Assembly: GCA_045561295.1 (NCBI GenBank)
Contig: JBJKYD010000012.1
Span: 1 to 64,000 of the forward strand
DNA: 64,000 nucleotides
DNA from: Gammaproteobacteria bacterium
Lineage (GTDB): Bacteria > Pseudomonadota > Gammaproteobacteria > GCA-002705445 > GCA-002716945
Direction of reading: 5' to 3'
Numbering within the stretch: position 1 is the first letter of the stretch; the number at the start of each line of letters is the position of its first letter. Below, one piece after another: positions 60,117-64,000 of the stretch. The notes under the pieces are model-generated. The model saw only the letters and a list, made by a program, of their open reading frames with translations, had not been told where the DNA came from and made no database searches. Made by a program: the position numbers and the translations under genes.

Positions 60117-60509
60117 TTAGATAGTTTTTATATATGAAGCTGAAGCTATATGATTTTCTTTTAATTCAATCTTAACTGAATAAAGCTTGTTTATTGGATA
60201 ATTAATATTCTGTAATTCCATACAAATATCATCAACAAATTGTTTTGCCATATACTCTGTAGTAGTAATGTGATTGTTAAATTTATCTATTTCGTCAAGA
60301 TTTTTGTAGTTATATTGTGCAATAACATTCTTTAATACTTTATTCGCTATACCAATATCAATAATTACATTTTTCTCAATAAGTTCCTTCGAAGAAATAA
60401 TCAGATCAACTACATAGGTAACACCATGAAGATTTTTAGCTGGTCCAAAAAATTCATCTTTTAGACTATGTGCTACAAAACAATAGTCTCTAATTTTCAG
60501 TTCATACAT
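60117..60509 (-). CDS. PTPS/QueD-family (COG0720) paralogue lacking the catalytic Cys
   Basis: RD...AHSL....FGPA..LHG.TY.VD, IDIG.A, Y.NLD.....TTTE..A, E...A.A.Y. Confidence 0.82.
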   Translation of the reverse strand: MYELKIRDYCFVAHSLKDEFFGPAKNLHGVTYVVDLIISSKELIEKNVIIDIGIANKVLKNVIAQYNYKNLDEIDKFNNHITTTEYMAKQFVDDICMELQNINYPINKLYSVKIELKENHIASASYIKTI

Positions 60510-61478
60510 TTAATATCTCACAACTTTACAAAGACCATTCGAATTTCCTTTTTTAAAAAAAGACGGCAAGTCTTTTAAAAAGATTTCTTTTTTATCAATC
60601 AAGGCATCTAATCTTTTGTCTTTCAACATATTTAGAGCCAATAATCTTCTACTTAAATTATTCCATTTTTTTGATTTATATGCTGATATATTCCCAACTT
60701 GCGAGAATATAATTTTTAATCTTCTTGAAAAACAGTTTTCCCCCATTTTGATTTTAGTTTGTTGCTTGCCATACCAGCTGAGAATGCATACCTTTGTTTC
60801 TAATGAGCATTTTGATAGTAATTCATTTATCACATCTACGTTACCAGAACACTCATAAATAATGTCGGCCTCATTTATGCAGCTTAGATCACTTTTATAT
60901 ATTAACCCTAGAGCTTTACAAGTCTTCCTCTTTTTAGAATCCTTATCAATAATAATAACATCAATGCCAAAACTCTTAGATAAAACATAGGCCATGAGAA
61001 TTCCAACAATGCCTGCACCTATCACATATGTTTTATCGCCTATTGTTGGTTTTGTATCCCACATGGCATTAATTGCTGTTTCCATATTTGCCGTAAGAAG
61101 CGCTCTTCTCAATGGTATATCATTTGGAATAAGTGTGGCTAGCGATGCTTGAATAATATACATAGACTGGTGAGGAAACATTGTATAAACATGCTTATGG
61201 AGATATTTTTTTGGGCCCTTTAGTACCTTCCCTATATTTAAGTAACCATATTTTAGATCACTATCAAACTCGCCCTCTTGATGAGGAGCTCGCATAAAAC
61301 TAAATTGATTCTTCGGGACTTGTCCATCAAAAACTATTTTTTCAGTTCCATAACTTATCCCAGAATATAATGTCTTAACTAAGATTTCATCTTTTTCCAT
61401 AGAAGTATCAAGGAGTTCTTTTTTGATACTACCTTTTTTCTTAGATACCCAAAATGATTGTGCTGTATACTGATTCAT
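60510..61478 (-). CDS. MDR-superfamily dehydrogenase (S.GTE type)
   Basis: V.T.YSGIS.GTE, KYGY...G, PHQ, RA.L.ANMETA.NA.WD, G.G.VG, SWYG, SQVG. Confidence 0.82.
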   Translation of the reverse strand: MNQYTAQSFWVSKKKGSIKKELLDTSMEKDEILVKTLYSGISYGTEKIVFDGQVPKNQFSFMRAPHQEGEFDSDLKYGYLNIGKVLKGPKKYLHKHVYTMFPHQSMYIIQASLATLIPNDIPLRRALLTANMETAINAMWDTKPTIGDKTYVIGAGIVGILMAYVLSKSFGIDVIIIDKDSKKRKTCKALGLIYKSDLSCINEADIIYECSGNVDVINELLSKCSLETKVCILSWYGKQQTKIKMGENCFSRRLKIIFSQVGNISAYKSKKWNNLSRRLLALNMLKDKRLDALIDKKEIFLKDLPSFFKKGNSNGLCKVVRY

Positions 61479-61480
61479 GT

Positions 61481-62191
61481 ATGAATTATAACAAAAATAT
61501 AATCAGTGGATACCTAAGCATTCAAGTTATTATGACTAATTTAATATTTTTATTATTTCTTATTTTTTCTTTAACGGATAAAAATACTATCCCTTTGATA
61601 ATACATGACTCTATTATGATATATATAATTACCTGCATACTTTTTTATTTCCTGCTAAGACAAGATAAATTTTCTTATAATATTCCAAATGTGATAACTA
61701 ACTATAGATTAATTATCAATTGCTTCATTTTAATATTAGTGATGAATATAAATTACTATGATCATTACCTTCTTCTTGTACTAAGCGTAATAAGTCTATT
61801 ATTAGATGGGGTTGATGGCTACCTATCAAGATTTCTTAAACAACAAACGGATTTTGGAGAGACTTTTGATCAAGAAGTTGATAATTTTTTGATATTTATT
61901 CTTAGTTTTTCTCTTGTATATAATTATTCTTTTTGTTTTATGATTATGTGCGTCCCAATTTATAGATATATTTTCTTATCTTTAGTAAAATATGGGTATG
62001 TAAGTAATGGCAACCTTCGTAGCTCGTACTTTAGAAAGATTATATGCGTATCAATGATAATCATATTAATCCTCTCTAACTATTTATATACAATAGACGC
62101 AATAATTTATTTATTATATGTCATTATTACATTGTTAACTTACTCTTTTGTTAGAGATACAATATGGTTATATAGGAGAAGAAATGTTTAA
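61481..62191 (+). CDS. CDP-alcohol phosphatidyltransferase
   Basis: PN..T..R; DGVDGYLSR.....T.FG..FD.EVD signature; start uncertain (61454, 61481 or later). Confidence 0.88.
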   Translation: MNYNKNIISGYLSIQVIMTNLIFLLFLIFSLTDKNTIPLIIHDSIMIYIITCILFYFLLRQDKFSYNIPNVITNYRLIINCFILILVMNINYYDHYLLLVLSVISLLLDGVDGYLSRFLKQQTDFGETFDQEVDNFLIFILSFSLVYNYSFCFMIMCVPIYRYIFLSLVKYGYVSNGNLRSSYFRKIICVSMIIILILSNYLYTIDAIIYLLYVIITLLTYSFVRDTIWLYRRRNV

Positions 62192-62759
62192 GAAATATAT
62201 TTTAATAATCTTATTCCCGGTCGCTGTATGGGCCTCAGAAGATGAGTATATTATTGATAAATCACATTTTTCAGTAGGTTTCTTAGTTGAGCATGTAGGT
62301 TATGCAAAAACTTTAGGTATGTTTAAGCATATAGATGGAAGTTACACACATGATGTAACAAATAAAAAGATTAATGATATAAAAATTGTCATCAAAACTA
62401 GCAGTGTATTTACTAATGATGAGAAAAGGGATGAGCATCTGATGAGTCCAGATTTTTTACATGTAGAAAAGTATCCAGAAATGATTTTCGAAGCCACAGA
62501 TATTAAAATTGATGATAAGCAATCAATTATAAATGGAAATTTAACATTACTGGGAATCACCAAACCACTTATCCTTACTGGCAAGATAAATAAAATAGGC
62601 AAATATCCTTTTGGTGGCATTATTAAACCTTACGTGATGGGAATTTCAGCCAGAGGAACAATAAAAAGATCGGATCATGCAATGATGTATGCGATTAAGG
62701 ATAATCTAGTTGGAGATGAAATAGACTTGATCATAGAGTTTGAAGCAAGAAGACAATAG
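62184..62759 (+). CDS. YceI family periplasmic protein
   Basis: Signal peptide; ID..H..V.F.V.H.G....G.F, T....RD.HL.S.DF, G.LTL.G.TKP, I.RSD..M; AGGAG SD. Confidence 0.9.
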   Translation: MFKKYILIILFPVAVWASEDEYIIDKSHFSVGFLVEHVGYAKTLGMFKHIDGSYTHDVTNKKINDIKIVIKTSSVFTNDEKRDEHLMSPDFLHVEKYPEMIFEATDIKIDDKQSIINGNLTLLGITKPLILTGKINKIGKYPFGGIIKPYVMGISARGTIKRSDHAMMYAIKDNLVGDEIDLIIEFEARRQ

Positions 62760-63421
62760 TGTCAGTAGAATCACCAATAATATCTGATGACTTACGAGAA
62801 TATGTTGATTCTGTAGGATATGCTGAATCGAACATTCTTAAAGAAAATAGAAAAGAGACAAAAAAGCTTGGGGCAATATCAATCATGCAAGTAGGTGCAG
62901 CACAAGGAGCTCTTTTATCTATATTGTGTAAGATTTCAAAGTTTAGAAATTGTTTAGAAGTTGGTGTCTTCACAGGTTATAGCTCTCTATGTATTGGTAC
63001 ATCTATTTCTGAGGACTCCAAACTGACATGTATCGATAATAATAAAGAGTATTTAAATGTTGCAAAAAAGTATTGGAACAAAGCGAAAATAGCACATAAA
63101 ATTAATTTAATCGAAGATAATGCAATTAATGCATTGAATATGCTTAGTAAAAATGATCTCAACAGTTTTGACTTTGCATTCATCGATGCAGATAAATCTA
63201 ATTACTGTTTGTATTATGAAAAAATTATTCCATTGATGCAAAAAGGTGGTGTGCTATGTATAGATAATACTCTTTGGAAAGGTAGAGTTTATGACAATAG
63301 CGTTAACAATAGTAGCACTCAATCTATAAGAGATATCAATAAATTAATTAACTCTGATAAAAGAGTTGAACACTCTTTATTAACTATTTATGATGGCATG
63401 ACAATTTGCTATGTTAAATGA
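62759..63421 (+). CDS. SAM-dependent O-methyltransferase family 3 (CCoAOMT/TrmR-like)
   Basis: MQ....QG..L, LEVGVFTGYS, FD.AFIDADK..Y..Y, GG...IDN.LW.G.V. Confidence 0.88.
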   Translation: MSVESPIISDDLREYVDSVGYAESNILKENRKETKKLGAISIMQVGAAQGALLSILCKISKFRNCLEVGVFTGYSSLCIGTSISEDSKLTCIDNNKEYLNVAKKYWNKAKIAHKINLIEDNAINALNMLSKNDLNSFDFAFIDADKSNYCLYYEKIIPLMQKGGVLCIDNTLWKGRVYDNSVNNSSTQSIRDINKLINSDKRVEHSLLTIYDGMTICYVK

Positions 63422-64000
63422 TGTACGTGTATAGTTTCTATAAATTCCAAAAGTTAGACAACCTTTCTAAATTGAGAGAGGAAATCTATAATTCTTTAAA
63501 TAAATATAGTGTTAAAGGTACAGTCCTGCTGTCGCATGAAGGAATCAATGTTAACATGAGCCAACAAAAATATTTACTCGATTTGGCGATTAAAGATATT
63601 AGCAAAATAATTAATCTAACAAAAGTATTAATCAACAAGTCTAAAACTAAAGAAATAGCATTCCAAAAAATTAAAGTTAAGATAAAAAATGAAATCATTA
63701 AATTTGACTACTCTATTGAGAGTCATAATATGAAGAAAAGCGGTCTTCAATCAATAAGTCCTAGAAAATGGGAGGAATTACTTGATGAAGATATCCAATT
63801 AATTGATATGAGAAACAATTTTGAATATTCATTAGGTACATTTAAAAATGCAATTGGTTTAAGACTAAAGAACTTTACAGATTTAAAAGATAGGTCTAAA
63901 GATCTAGAGATTCTAGATAAAGATAAAAAAACTGCAATATTCTGCACTGGTGGTATAAGATGTGAAAAAGCAGGTTTGTACCTAAATAAAATAGGATTTA
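63421..64000 (+). CDS. trhO: tRNA uridine(34) hydroxylase TrhO (rhodanese family), 3'-truncated by the window edge; not in ORF track
   Basis: Open frame from ATG 63421: SFYKF, KGTVLLSHEGIN, F.K.KVK.K.EI, LIDMRNNFEYSLGTFKNA, FCTGGIRCEKA. Confidence 0.88.
   Translation, partial: MYVYSFYKFQKLDNLSKLREEIYNSLNKYSVKGTVLLSHEGINVNMSQQKYLLDLAIKDISKIINLTKVLINKSKTKEIAFQKIKVKIKNEIIKFDYSIESHNMKKSGLQSISPRKWEELLDEDIQLIDMRNNFEYSLGTFKNAIGLRLKNFTDLKDRSKDLEILDKDKKTAIFCTGGIRCEKAGLYLNKIGF

Noticed and set aside
94-63947. Many 60-130 aa ORFs antisense or out of frame within confident genes (e.g. 94..378, 2215..2442, 50695..51030, 53528..53917, 63486..63698, 63747..63947)
   Set aside because: Shadow ORFs with no motifs; the last two are antisense to trhO.
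1-64000. Integrase, transposase, prophage, CRISPR-Cas, rRNA or riboswitch
   Set aside because: None recognisable by eye; covariance-model searches could not be run.

Overview
AT-rich (roughly 30% GC by eye), very tightly packed bacterial chromosome. Gene order (rpsP-rimM-trmD-rplS, folK-panBCD-pgi, xseB-dxs, dapA-bamC, hda/purM-purN) indicates a Gammaproteobacterium; the accessory content suggests a streamlined marine lineage (inference). Most of the window is housekeeping. Accessory modules: (i) a Pho-box-preceded plcP-olsB-acyltransferase lipid-remodelling cluster (plcP frameshifted); (ii) tRNA-Glu followed by a 657-bp integrase-less mini-element with a duplicated tRNA 3' end, paired 10-bp arm-type repeats and one GDCCVxC cargo gene; (iii) a glucosylglycerate operon and two neighbours preceded by three matching sigma-54 -24/-12 motifs; (iv) an ArsS radical-SAM arsenosugar-type trio; (v) a 7-gene cluster of unknown product (RibD-like reductase, flippase, methyltransferase, GT4, Cys-less PTPS, MDR dehydrogenase, CDP-alcohol phosphatidyltransferase). 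Three small ORFs missing from the ORF track and a partial trhO at the right edge were found by hand. All family calls come from motif recognition, not database searches.
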